A DNA stretch of 63,316 nucleotides, counting the filler, from Reticulomyxa filosa (taxonomy: Eukaryota > Protista > Foraminifera): assembly GCA_000512085.1 (NCBI GenBank). It is 15 parts of 15 records of this genome, joined end to end, with 100 filler letters (N's around TTAATTAATTAA, not from the genome) between each part and the next. Parts side by side here need not be neighbours in the genome. Positions count along the whole stretch, not along the records: positions 33,104 to 36,142 come from ASPP01021880.1; positions 36,243 to 41,983 come from ASPP01037885.1; positions 42,084 to 46,408 come from ASPP01035926.1; positions 46,509 to 47,638 come from ASPP01040480.1; positions 47,739 to 53,118 come from ASPP01016666.1; 10 more parts are not named here. One strand, 5' to 3'. A model generated the notes under the pieces. It searched no databases and was not told the origin of the DNA. It saw only the letters and a program-made list of their open reading frames with translations. Position 1 is the stretch's first letter, and the number at the start of each line of letters is the position of its first letter. The translations under genes and the position numbers were made by a program. This document shows positions 35,338 to 48,081 of this stretch, piece after piece.

Positions 35338-38068
35338 TCACTTCCTAAAAAACAGCAATTTTTTTTTAAAAAAAAAGAAAAAAAAAAAAGGTTCATATTG
35401 TTTAGCCTTTTTTATTTTGTTTTGATTTGAAATCGCCCACACAAAAAGTACCTTAATGTGCGGCTGTTGCAATCGAACAGGTTTTATTTGATTGGGACTC
35501 GATTTTCTGGTTTTTTTTTTCTTCTTTATCCTTTTTATTTCTTTATTTTTGAGCACCTTATTGTCCTTTGCTCCATCTTGTTTTTCCCTGCCAAAAATAT
35601 AAATTATTATGGAAAAAAATTTCGTTTGTGCTCAACGCTCTCTCTTGCATAAAACTCTTTATCTAATTTGAGATATCTTGCAGCATTGTAACAGTTTGTT
35701 GGTTTGTGTTTTGAAGTGCAAAGTTCATTCAAAGGAGGGGGGGTGATCGCTTTCCAAAATTGACTCAGGTATTCATTTCTGAGAAGTAATTTTCTTAGGT
35801 ATAATAAAATGTCAAAGAATTCTTCAGATGCACAATGGGGAGTTCAAGTCGATCTCCAATCTTGTGAACTCGTTGTAGACTCGAAAAATCACTCGTATAT
35901 AGTGTGTTGCCATTTGTATTGACTACATTAAAAACAACAGCCCTATACATACAGCACAAACACTTTACAATTCACACAAAGATTTTGCAAAAAGTCGCAA
36001 TCATCAAACAATAAATAAATCAATTTATCTATTGATTTATTTTATGTATAATATATGTGCATACCACGTATTTGATAAAATGTATAGGATCACAAAAATG
36101 TAGTAATGCACGCATACGCATATACAAAAAAAAAAAAAAAAANNNNNNNNNNNNNNNNNNNNNNNNNNNNNNNNNNNNNNNNNNNNTTAATTAATTAANN
36201 NNNNNNNNNNNNNNNNNNNNNNNNNNNNNNNNNNNNNNNNNNACATGGCCTTTAAGAATAAGTCTACAATTTCAAAGAAAAAAAAAATTAGATTTTGTAA
36301 TTGTTGGCCAAGGCAACCATAATAAGATCGAATAAAAGGGTCAATCCATTTGAGACGTTTTTCGGGTTGGCGATCTCTATGTCCGTATTCTCTTTTGTTT
36401 GTTTAGTTCTAATGCTGCCACTGATCTACAATTGAGAAAAATTTTGTGTTCTTCAGTGTCAAGTATTACTGAGTTTTTGGTTTTAGCTTTTTATTAAATG
36501 TTTACCAAAAAGTTGATAACAGAAAAAAACAAAAGCAAAGATACATGCAAATAAAGAATCGACAAAGAGTGTTTTAAAAGCTATATCTTCTCTTTTTTTA
36601 GCAGGTTTTTGCTAACACGTTTCTTTTTGAGAATGGAAAAAAAAAAAGAAAGTAGGCGAAAAAAGGTCTTTTGGCACTGAACAAAAAACATAAAACAAAC
36701 ATTAATGAAGCCAGTATCATCAAAATCTCCGGCTTCTGATCTGATAAGCATTATACATTTAGAGCTTCTTGCTTCTTACAGTGGAACTGGCTTCACATTT
36801 GAAAATTTTCTGGCGTTTTTGACCGTCATCATCGTCCTCATCTTCTTCCTCGCATTCACAAACGCACAAAAAAAAAAGGACAACCAATATCATAGATATG
36901 AATGTGAAGGAATTTGGCCGACATTGGGATTTGCAAGAAATATATTGCGGCATGTGAATGGCATTTATGCATTGGTATTTGACCGTGCAAGGCGTGGACA
37001 ATAACTATAAAACTGTTCCAAGACGGTGAGTTGCTCAAGTTGGAAAAAGTATTTCCAGGGACAGTTTGGCAAAAAAGATCTCCTCGTCCCAAGTTTTGGA
37101 TGTGATTACGGAAAAAAAATTCAAAGATCTTCGCTGTGGCATCACACATTATGAGTGAAAATGTTGCCACCTCGTCCATGAGCAAGAAGAGCAACAGCAA
37201 TGATCCCCCTCCTCCAACCCATTTGTGCGTGCCGAGTGCTCATTGACAGATCGCGTGTCAAAAAATAAGTCAAAGTGAGTACAAATGCAAATGTAAATTC
37301 AAGCGTCAATGTGAATATGAACACCAAGTCCAATGCCAACTCACAAACATCAACAAACGTGGACACGAAGCAAGCGACTGGAGAGAAGCGTTGGCTGATA
37401 GAAGAGCCCCCTTGCAAATGTGAATCTGTATGGAAGAAACGTCAATGCTTTCATCAATCCACCAAAGAGCGCCACGACCATGATGCACCAAAGCAGTAAC
37501 AACAGTGACAATAGCATTAATAGATTCAATAGCATCAACAGCAGTACAAACAAGTGCAATATCCTCGTGCAATGTTTTCCGTTTCAAAACAAAGTCTTGT
37601 CTTGCATTTGTCTGTGACACAAACAAAAGCGTATGTGTGTGCATATATATGTTATAACATATATTAGATTGAATGGAAGACAGTCCTGCGCGTTGATGCC
37701 AGACAACACCAATCGGGAACTCGCGCACACGTTCAAGACCTCTGCCTCGTACAGTGATTACAGCATGATGACAGTGACTGACAGCGAAAGCGATGTGTCT
37801 CACGTGCCTCGAACATGGCAGGGCAGCAGCACTGCCAGTCAGCTGTCTAATCGAACTTTGGATCACAACCAAGCCAAGCCAAAGGACGCAGCAATTGCAG
37901 TATCAAAACAGATAAAACGCTGTATCTTTGACAGAGTCATTTGTGCAAAGTGCTCATGCAACCATGTTTATTTCGCAGAATCGACGCTTACTCGTGGCTT
38001 TTTTGGAACACTTGGGAGAAATTGTACTTATCTAAAATTATTGTTTTTTTTTTTCTTGGAATTAACTC

Positions 38069-38479
38069 TAAACAATCAATCCAATCGAAAAAATTACAAT
38101 GATGTCGAAAATATGCAAATAGATTCGATTTTTCTTATTTAATTTTCACTTACGTGTTTGAAAAAATTGATGACTGGAATTCATTATATGTTGCAATATA
38201 CAACATACGGAGTTTTGTTCTCTTTTGTTGTTTAGAGTTAATTCAAGAAAAAAAAAACGGGAGAAATTGGACTTATCTAAAGTTATTGTTTTTTTTTTCC
38301 TTGGAATTAACTCTAAACAACAAAATAGAACAAAACTCAATATGTTGTATATTGTAACATGTAATGAATTCCAGTCATCAATTTTTTCAAACACGTAAGT
38401 GAAAATTAAATAAGAAAAATCGAATCTATTTGCATATTTTCGATATCATTGTAATTTTTTCGATTAGATTGATTGTTTA
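38069..38479. repeat. ~190-bp inverted repeat (arms 38069-38258 and 38288-38479, 29-nt loop) with an adjacent direct duplication at 38014-38074
   Basis: The arms are reverse complements with a few substitutions, and the ORF track gives MFEKIDDWNSL on both strands. The loop plus the start of the right arm recurs at 38014-38074. Confidence 0.92.
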
Positions 38480-38689
38480 CTTTTACAGTCATATTCTAAT
38501 TCAGACATTTTTTGCGAGAAATCTAATGATCTAGTGTTTAGATGAGATATATGATAGATATCAGTGAGCTGGAGAATCGAAAGAATTGCAATTAACATTT
38601 CCAACAAAATCACAAAACAAGCACAAAACAATCAAAGTTTAACACAAAAAGACAATTTCTTCTGCGTGAATGGTTTCGTGCTTCTCAAA

Positions 38690-41540
38690 AAAATTTGAGA
38701 CATCTTCCAAATGTGATTATGCCTTGAAATCGAACGTGCCACCAACCTTGACTTTACTTGAAGGCACCACACAACCATTTCCAAAATTGACCGATAAACG
38801 AGTATTGTATTCTTTTAATATCTAATGTATACGTGTGTATTAATTATATAAGTTTTCAACTATCTTTAAATCGTAATCATACTATAAGAAAACATTTACC
38901 TTGGACATAGGTTGCGTATATCACTACGAATTGTTCCACTTCTTGCAATTCATCCATGATTAGCCAAGTTTATGGACCTTTTTTTATAAGATACTCCATT
39001 CAAAGAGCAATGTACGATCCATAATTGATGCGCTTCATTAACATATTGATTTGTTCATTATTGAACAATATTTTCCATTTGAGAAATGCATGTGAGCATT
39101 CTTTGGTGTGGGCTCCATGGTTGATTATTGAATGTCCATCAGCAACAATTCGATTTGAGGTTGCCACACTTTTTACTTTTCATATGCTGCAACTATCGAT
39201 TATTCTTGCTGATGTTGTCGCTGCTGCCACTGTTGCTATTGCAGCTGGTGATTCACTACAGCATCAATGGCAATCGAGACAGCGACGACTTGTCCATCTG
39301 AATGTGGTGCACCTCAATTTCAATTTGTGCACTTTTGAATATCTATTTACAAATTTCAAGTAACACAAACACACACATATAAATATAAAGATGTTTATTT
39401 ATGTTTGCTATTAGTTATTGAATATATATATGCACACATATACGTACAAATATAAAATAATTATACTTTTTCGAGAATGGACCCAAGTACGACTTACGAC
39501 GCCAGCGTCATGTACATGAAAGGGGGCATACACAAATACATGACCAATCGAATAACAGCAAGTCTTGTAATGACATAAAATAAATTCTTGCTGTGTGTAT
39601 GCGTGTGCCTCGACTTCAATGCCAACGCTCCCATCAAGTGTTCGATTATTTGGGCCATTGAGCAAATTTTGTGAGTTGTTGATATTCAAATGCTTGTCCC
39701 CCTCCTACTTGCACTCCATTTCTTCAACACGAGTTGGTTTTTGGTAACCAATCGACTCGTACCAGCGACTTCACCTTCGAGAGATAGAAAGAGATAGTGA
39801 GGAGATAGAAAAAAGGGGAATCACACAATCGACTTCTGGCGCTGTTTTCTACGCGAAGTGCCCTCACGTCTTGAAGCAATTATTGCACGTTTCTCCCACC
39901 CCAAATGATTTAGAGACTTTTGAATTGTCCACCACACTATCGATCACCACGACATTGTTGCTTTTTCTATTCAACAACGCAGCAGCCTTATCTCTGGATA
40001 GAGCAACGGTGTGCAAATGTTGACACACATCCAATATCTGCGGGTTAATGAATATGGGACTCGTTTCATCACCAGTATTACAACTTGTTGACCTCGCCAT
40101 ACCCGTCCAGCAGCTTCTATTGTGACACACCATATGAAGCTAGTATACGTCCAGAAATGAGCAAATTCGCATTCGCACTTGCGCGTAGAGAGCCATTTCG
40201 TAACTAATACAGCAACGTCGACGAACTTTTTTTAAAAAAAATAAATCAATCAAACGCGAATACCTCCGAACTCTTGGGATTATCTTTATTCTCCTCTTCA
40301 TCATCGTTCTCTTCTTCCCACCTTCATCTTTCTGTTTGGTGGTGGTCTTGGTTTGAGTTTTACACAACTACCTCCCCCCCACCAAATTGAGCAACTCTCA
40401 TGATGGAGAGATTCTTCTAGCGTCGTGGTTTGATCGACTGTCAACGACTTCTCTTTTTTCTTTCGGTTGATCCGGTCGCTGCCACTGTTGCGATGCCATT
40501 TCTACTTGCGCGATAGCATCATTTTCTTTTTTCTTGGCGGAATTGATTATATCCACTATCGTTACTCATGATGAAGGATGGGCACATGATCATGGATGCG
40601 AACGTTTTCAATGACATTCATGCCTGAACGTTTGGTACTACCCCATCACCAACCTCCCACTCTATATCGGACCGCAAATGCGCTATTTCTTTTTTTTTTC
40701 ATCTTGGACGTATCTCGTTGTCGCTGCTTATGTTTTAATTCTTTTTTTTTTCATCAAAATTGAGCCGAATTGATTTTTGAACTGACGAATCACGAAAGAT
40801 CTTGGCTCAATCGAGAAATACTGTTAGCTTATTGAAGCAGAAAAACAGTTAAACAAAACAAATGCAAATAATACAAACAATGAGTTTTATCCAACAAAAC
40901 TTTAGTCGATCAATAATCGATTACTGACAAGTCTAGCGAAAATACTAGGCGCTTGTCCGACAAACGCCAAATGTGCGAAATGTGATGCGATGATTGCAGC
41001 AATCTTTCTGGCTTAATCTCTATATATCGATGTCCAACGCCTCTATAAATTATTTCATCTGCACACCATAACTCAAAATCCAAAACCACCACGCGCGCAA
41101 TCACACAATCATTTGTTGCGCTTCGATTGCCACATTGTTCATAAACATAGCACCATTTCCAACATCGATAGAATACCAATTGTTTGTCGGCGTTTGCTGA
41201 TCGCAATTCACGATATCTTTGGTGATGCCATCCGTGTAGATTAAAGTGGCGGACTGAACGTATACGAACTGGTGCTGCTGTTGTTTTTTTTTTATTCTAC
41301 ATGTAAACGGACATCTATATGCAGGCACTTGTTCATCACGACGCAAGTATACACATTTTTCCAATGCTTCGGGCTGCCACTGCCAAGACAACGAAAATTC
41401 CGATTTGTATCTATTTCATCACAATGTCTTGGCAAGGCATGGACTTTCCACAATGACGCTATCTTCGTTACGTCGGTTCACTTTGGTCGGCGGCGCTTTC
41501 AACTTTTTCTTTCCAATCTCACTTGGTCCAACTCTTGATC
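38690..41540 (-). pseudogene. Heavily degenerate multidomain pseudogene(s) (RCC1-like and ankyrin-like remnants)
   Basis: Fragments ILDVCQHLHTVALSRD and GVVSRTWVH are RCC1-like. Segment 39150-39360 is homologous to 60690-60900 in inverted orientation. Many stops and frameshifts. Confidence 0.35.
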
Positions 41541-44479
41541 GTTTCCACTACATTCAATCCAACAAGTCTTGTAAAACGAACTTTGCGAGACTCATTGGCA
41601 CTGCGATTATGGGGAAAACCCCTTTTTTTCTTTTTCAATTTACTTTTTTCATTTTTATCTTTTTTTTCTCTTTTTTCTTTCATTTTTTAAAAATTTTTTT
41701 TTATTTTTCTTTTTTATCTTTTTAATATTTTTTCAATTTTTCTTATTTTTTTATCTTTTTTTTCAAACATTTTTCTTTTTTTTTCAATTTCATTTTTTTC
41801 TTTTCATTTTTTCTCAAATAAAATTATTAAACCCTTTTTCTTAAATAAAATTCACCAACTTTTTCATTTAATTTTTCCCAACTTTTTTTTATCTTTATTT
41901 TTATTTTTTCTTTTAATTTCCTTCTTTATTTTTCCCTTCATTTTTCCCTTTTCTCTTCATTTTCCTCACAAATTTCCCCAATANNNNNNNNNNNNNNNNN
42001 NNNNNNNNNNNNNNNNNNNNNNNNNNNTTAATTAATTAANNNNNNNNNNNNNNNNNNNNNNNNNNNNNNNNNNNNNNNNNNNNTCCCTTCTCTTGGTATG
42101 TTCATCTTTCTTGCACGATTTATCACTAATGTCATATTTTAAAAAATAATTCACTAATACTATTGTTTCTTTCTTTTTCTTTTCCTCTTCCCTTAATCTA
42201 CTCTTTCTTGTTCTCATGTTCCTATTTCTTTCATTCCAGACATAAGGTAAATCAACCTACAATGAAATGATCCATATCCACATTGTTTTGGTTAAAACAC
42301 ACCACAATAACTGAAAATATGATAAAAGTATTACATACCTTCAAATAAAGCTGCCTTTCCTTCTCGTTTGGTTGATGCTTGTCATTTTGAATGTCTTTTT
42401 TTCCGTCGTCCTGATGTTGGTGATATGCATTCTCTGTTTCGAATTCAAGTAATGGCAGGATTGCATGCCACGACAGAATTATCCACAGAACATGCATTTA
42501 CTTCTATTCTTGGTCTTACGCATTTACATTTATCACACAACTCTAATACATCTCCCTTTCCTCGATTATATATATTATATTGATTGATTTGTGAAATTAC
42601 ACAAACAATCGACTTTTGAGCTATGTGCGACAGACCAAGAAAACACCAAAAGTTGGGACAATATTACAATTGCGCAGCATTCTACCAATGGATTAAATTC
42701 GTATTGTCTTTGTTATTAATTATGACCCGTGATACGAACTGTATTTTAAGATTGATGATGTATTGTAAATTGTTCTTGGATGCAAATTGCACAAATTTCT
42801 TCTCCAAATCGTATTGCTGCAGACGATTAAATATTGAACATGGTCAATCAACTTGTTCACACGGACCAGTAAACAATTGAATCGGGATCATGTTTAACAA
42901 TGTGTTGGCTCCACGAATTGTCATCTCTATTATTAGAGAAGCTCAGATGGCTAATAAAAAGTGCAAATACCATCTGCTACCGATGATATGATTGTCAATG
43001 CTTTCAATTCACTATTCAAATCTCGAGATTCAGTCAGCAATAAATACATATTATATACTGACTCTGTTTTGGAGGACAAAGTGTTATTTTTGTATATTTA
43101 GACTTGAAACAACAAATAGTTTTGTTCAAGTGAAAATATATAGATTATTAACAAATTAATTGGAGATTATTGAATAAAGATTGATGTATACTTTGGTAAA
43201 TACTTGTTTCGAATTCACTTTGATTGGCTGCTCTTGTTCTCCTGTTTCAATATAATATCTTGGAGGCAACGTCAATTCGTAATCACGTAATCCCTCAAAC
43301 AATGATATGTGTATTCCTCTATACTAATTATTACATGCGTCGACGTCGGCGATCAAGTTAGACAAAACAACAGCTAAATTAATACATAAGATTACATTAT
43401 TTATTGCATTGTGTCCATTGAGTCTTGTTCTTTTTATCATTGTTTCTCACTGTTCTCTTGATTTGTCGCTGCTGCCTAATTTCATTTATATAACATTATA
43501 AATATATTTTCACATTTGATATTTTTAAAATAAATATACACAAAGAAAAAAAGTTACTTACCTTATGTTGATATCCCGCTCGGGGCATAATCAATATTAA
43601 AATAAAACAATAAAATTTAAAACATAATTTTCTTTTTTCATTATTATTTCTTTTTTATTATTTTTTCCTTATCAAAAATGATTGTTTTTTTTCCATTTTT
43701 CCTTTTTTTTTAACATTTTTTTTTTCTTTTCTCCTTTTTTCTTTTTTTCACATTTTTCCTTTTTCTTTTTATTATCACCTTTTTTTCTTTTTCCTTTTTT
43801 TAACATCCATTTTTTTTATTATTATTACATTTTTTCTTATTACTACCTTTTTTTTTTTTATTACTTCATTTTTTTTTCTCCCCCCTATCATTCAATTACC
43901 CCCACTTTTTATCCAACTCCCCCTTTAAAAAATAAATACCTGTTCATTTTGTGCGCCGAACCTGACGCACACAAACAACAAAATTATATTTTATATAATA
44001 CAAAACATATTTATAACTATTATAATTTGATCCAATCTCCAATTTCGATTTCTTTTTTCCTGTGAAAACACTTACAAACTTTTTTTTTATGGATGGTGAG
44101 GACAAATAAATAGACATATATATGTTTTTTTTCTTGAGGGGGAACCTATTAAACCACAAACACAAACACAACAACATTATATAACAAGATGATATACACA
44201 TTTACACAAATAAATATAAACATCACATACAGTTCTTCCTCTTTGAGGATACGGGGGTAGTTTCAACCCCTTATTCTTTTTTTTTTCTTTTGTGTGAAGG
44301 GAGGGACTAAATATTAACAATAATTGGCGGACGGAGGAACCTATGTTAAAACAATACACAACAATTTGAACACATTTAAAAATATGTATATATGACAAAC
44401 CTTTATCTCTCCTTTCGGAGACGGGGTGGTTTCTACCCCGTTATTCTTTTTTCTTTGTGTCATGTTTTGTAATCCTATT

Positions 44480-46190
44480 TAGTCAACACACATAATATAG
44501 GTATAAGTCGCATAAACAAAACACAAAAGATATTACATTCTCTTGGCGCTTTGTAATTGACTGTATGCCTCTCTCTTGCATCGCCACAAGCGCAGCTGAA
44601 CGTAATATCCATTCATTGTGCGCGGTTCCATTTCGGCAATCACTTGTACAATCACCTAGTTCCTTATTCATTCAACCTATGTAAGTAACACACAAACAAA
44701 TAATTTATATCACAACAACAAAAAATAAAATACAAAATTACTTAACAAGGCCATATCGGTCACATTTTGATGTGGATAGTGCAATGAAAATTTTGAATAT
44801 TATCATCAAAACTCCAAAACATTGTCAAATTCCAATAAATATTTGCGTTGTGTATATGAGTGTTGGAGCAGGAGCTGAATCATGTGTTGATTGAGGTAAT
44901 TGTTGAAATGCGAGATTGTTGTTGGCGGCATAAGTGCATTTGTAGACCATGCCTTGGAGAAGTAGCTCTGATGTACAAAAAAGGATGGCTATCACCACTG
45001 ACTCGCAATTCGGTTGCTTGTCAGTTGTGTTTTTACACATCCTAATTTGGGCAAACAGCGCTTCTATCGCCATTAAGGCAGGTGCTAAACAATGCAATGA
45101 CGACTGACTTTTTGTCGCCATCAATCGCAACTGGCCCGTCCATTTGTCAATTTGTCCTTGTCCGTCCATGTTCAATTTGAACTTCGCCATATTGTATAAT
45201 CTATCCATTTTTTTGTTGTTTGTTTGTATTTAAGAAAAAAAGATGTTGTAAAAAAAAAAGAACATAACATTGCAATGTCGAATATCATTTGCAAAATAAT
45301 ATTGTAAATCGATTTGCGCATTGGCGAGTAAAGAGAAGACGATGATGTATAGCGATCATATTCACACCACTGTCGAATGGACAAATTGTCATGAATACTG
45401 AATTTTGCTTCCAATGATACATACAATTGAAGCAATTCCACTTTTCCAACGTATCGTGTACCAACCAAAACAAATTGTGATTTTGAATTTTTGCAAGGTC
45501 CAACATCCGCACCCAAGCCATTGTCTTCAACACTCGTAACTTTGTTCTTCATCAACAAGATTGTGATATACTCGCTAACCACCAAGTCACTATGTTTTTG
45601 TTTTTTTAAAAAAAAATCAATCTTAAATCAAATCAACCATATATACAATCCATCATCCCCCCTTATCATCTATTGCTATACGTAAACTCCCTTTTTTTTT
45701 CATGAACATATTTTTTTCTTCCATTAAATCTTTTAATCACTGTTATTTACCTGTATTTTGATTTGAAGATTAATGTATATGATGTCGCTGATATGCGCGG
45801 TGTAGACGTGAAAATATTCATTGCTGATATTTTTGTATGTATACTTTCATTGGATTGCATTGGGTCGATCATTAAGGTGCTTTTGATAATGCGTATACGT
45901 GATTTTTTAAATTGCACCAACGACACTCTTTTTACATTGTTACAGAATTGTGGAGATTGCACATACTTCCATATTTTCGATTTTCGTGTGTGCCTGATAG
46001 AGTAGCTGACAAACATATTCAATGATATTGTTGTTGTGCCCATGTTGTCGTGATTATTCGAATGTATTTGCACGTTTTCCTTTGAACTGTCTCTAGTTAC
46101 ATATTTTGTACTTGACACAACCGGAACTACAACTAAGATTTGCAATGTTGTTAATATATTTTCATGCACCAGCGACGAGCCCATGTTGCA
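44480..46190 (-). pseudogene. Degenerate intron-containing gene remnant of unknown family
   Basis: Exon-like higher-GC blocks are separated by intron-like AT tracts, and all frames are interrupted. No recognisable motif. Confidence 0.3.
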
Positions 46191-47110
46191 GTTTAGAGAG
46201 ACAAGTTTCCACTCAATCGTTTCTCTTCTGTTTGCCCCCTCTTTTACGGGGCACTCTGAAATGGAAATACGTCAAATGATAATAACAAAATAAGTTCTAG
46301 AAAATGATTTTAGAATCAAAAGTAGCAATCAATTTTCTTTTTTTTTTTTTTTTTTGAAAAAGTTATGTTCTTTGTGAATTACTTGCACAAATTCAAAATA
46401 AAAACGAGNNNNNNNNNNNNNNNNNNNNNNNNNNNNNNNNNNNNNNNNNNNNTTAATTAATTAANNNNNNNNNNNNNNNNNNNNNNNNNNNNNNNNNNNN
46501 NNNNNNNNTTTTTTTTTCAAGTCAGCATCATTCATCGCAAAAGTTTGTTGATATAGAAAAATGAATTCAATAACCAACTCTTCAAGGAGAAAACACTTGG
46601 AGGTTAAAGATGTTTGCAAATGCAGGAACAGAGGAGAACGCAAGAAAAGATGGAAATCTGGATCAATGTCATTAAATTTGTGTTGTGAGACGAGTTTGGT
46701 TGGTTATAAAGATTGTATTTATTTGTTTGTCCCACTTGTATTCATCTCATCACAATGAATACATTTAGTACAAACACTAACGACGATTTCATGCTGCCTA
46801 AATAACCAAAGCTTTTTACTCAATATTTTCTCCTCCATTTGCTCGCTTCACTTCTACTGAGCACCTGAAACGGAAGGATATTCAATGAGCAAAAAGCCAC
46901 GCTAAGAGAAAAAGAAAAAGTTTGTGGTAAACTATAGAAATGCTAAGTTGATTGGAAATGCAATTGTTGTACTTTGTTTTGTATATGGTCATAGTTCAAT
47001 AAAGAAAAAGGTTAGTAAAAAAAAAAAAATTTAATATTTAAAAACTATAAGATTAGTAGATATTTTTAAAAAAATAAATTAGGTTTAAATCAGCCAACAA
47101 GATGTCTTCA

Positions 47111-47638
47111 CTATCCCCAAATACGAATAAAACCCCCAAATGAACCGTAACACAAATTAATACCACAACCAATATCACCATTGACTTTTCTCATCTTTTT
47201 ATTTTTTTTTAATTGTAAAAACTTCAAACAAGTTATTCCTATATATTTATCATCTCCTTTTATCATGTACAATTCATTCTTATTTGATCGAATATCCCAA
47301 AAACGAATTGTATTATCCTTTGATGCAGAACATATCACATTTGAATTACAAATACTATTATTTATTACAAATGGTGAATATTCAACAGCATAAACAAAAT
47401 ATTTGTGTCCATTGAACACTTGAGTTTGTTGACCAGACCGAATATCCCACAAACGAATACTTTTATCAAATGATCCAGATAATATTGTATTTAATAATTC
47501 ATTTGATCCATATTTTACACTAGTAACCACACCGTCATGTTTTTTGAATAAATTGAATTGTTTTGTTGTTTCAATATCCCATATTCGAATGGTTCTATCT
47601 CGTGATCCAGAACAAATTGTATATCCATTTCCACCAAT
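47111..47638 (-). CDS. WD40-repeat protein of the expanded lineage-specific family, 5' partial
   Basis: IGGNGYTICSGSRDRTIRIWDIETTKQ..KHDGVVTSVKYGSNELLNTILSGSFDKSIRLWDIRSGQQTQVFNGH..ICSASKDNTIRFWDIRS..LCYGSFGGFIRIWG*. Paralog of 29502-30029. Confidence 0.9.
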   Translation of the reverse strand: MGGNGYTICSGSRDRTIRIWDIETTKQFNLFKKHDGVVTSVKYGSNELLNTILSGSFDKSIRLWDIRSGQQTQVFNGHKYFVYAVEYSPFVINNSICNSNVICSASKDNTIRFWDIRSNKNELYMIKGDDKYIGITCLKFLQLKKNKKMRKVNGDIGCGINLCYGSFGGFIRIWG

Positions 47639-48081
47639 NNNNNNNNNNNNNNNNNNNNNNNNNNNNNNNNNNNNNNNNNNNNTTAATTAATTAANNNNNN
47701 NNNNNNNNNNNNNNNNNNNNNNNNNNNNNNNNNNNNNNAACTACTGATTGGTGTGTAAGAATAAGAAAATTTTATAATTAAAAAAAATTAATTAGAGCAT
47801 AAGTAATTTTTTGTTCAATTTTTAACAATTGGATTATCATTTTTTATTGGATGTAAAGATAAATACGTTGTGAAAGTTAAATTAAAAGATTATCAAACTA
47901 TTGTGTAATCTTCTAAAGATGGAACAATTAGACTGTGGGGATAATCAGAGAAAAAACAAAGAAATTGTATGAACCAATTTATCAAAAGAAAAAAAAGTTT
48001 TTTACTTTTGTTGGTTTCAATACGACTTACGTTCTTTTCAAGTTTCAACAAAAAAAAAAGGGGGAACAAAATATCCTTGGA

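Noticed and set aside
34856-35425. Poly-Met and poly-Ile ORFs
   Set aside because: Alternative-frame and antisense readings of the (GAT)n poly-Asp tract.
38146-38394. Twin ORFs starting MFEKIDDWNSL on opposite strands
   Set aside because: A by-product of the inverted repeat; non-ATG starts and no coding features.
41611-41983. Phe-rich ORFs in T-rich tracts (also 26078-26260 and 43620-43930)
   Set aside because: Low-complexity, probably low-quality sequence, mostly at contig edges; no protein signal.
43554-43600. U1 snRNA-like 5' end (ACTTACCT)
   Set aside because: No downstream U1 stem-loops or Sm site. It is better explained as a minus-strand AGGTAAGT splice donor.
44401-44445. tRNA gene at the double hairpin
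   Set aside because: No acceptor stem, D-arm, anticodon arm or canonical TTCGA loop.
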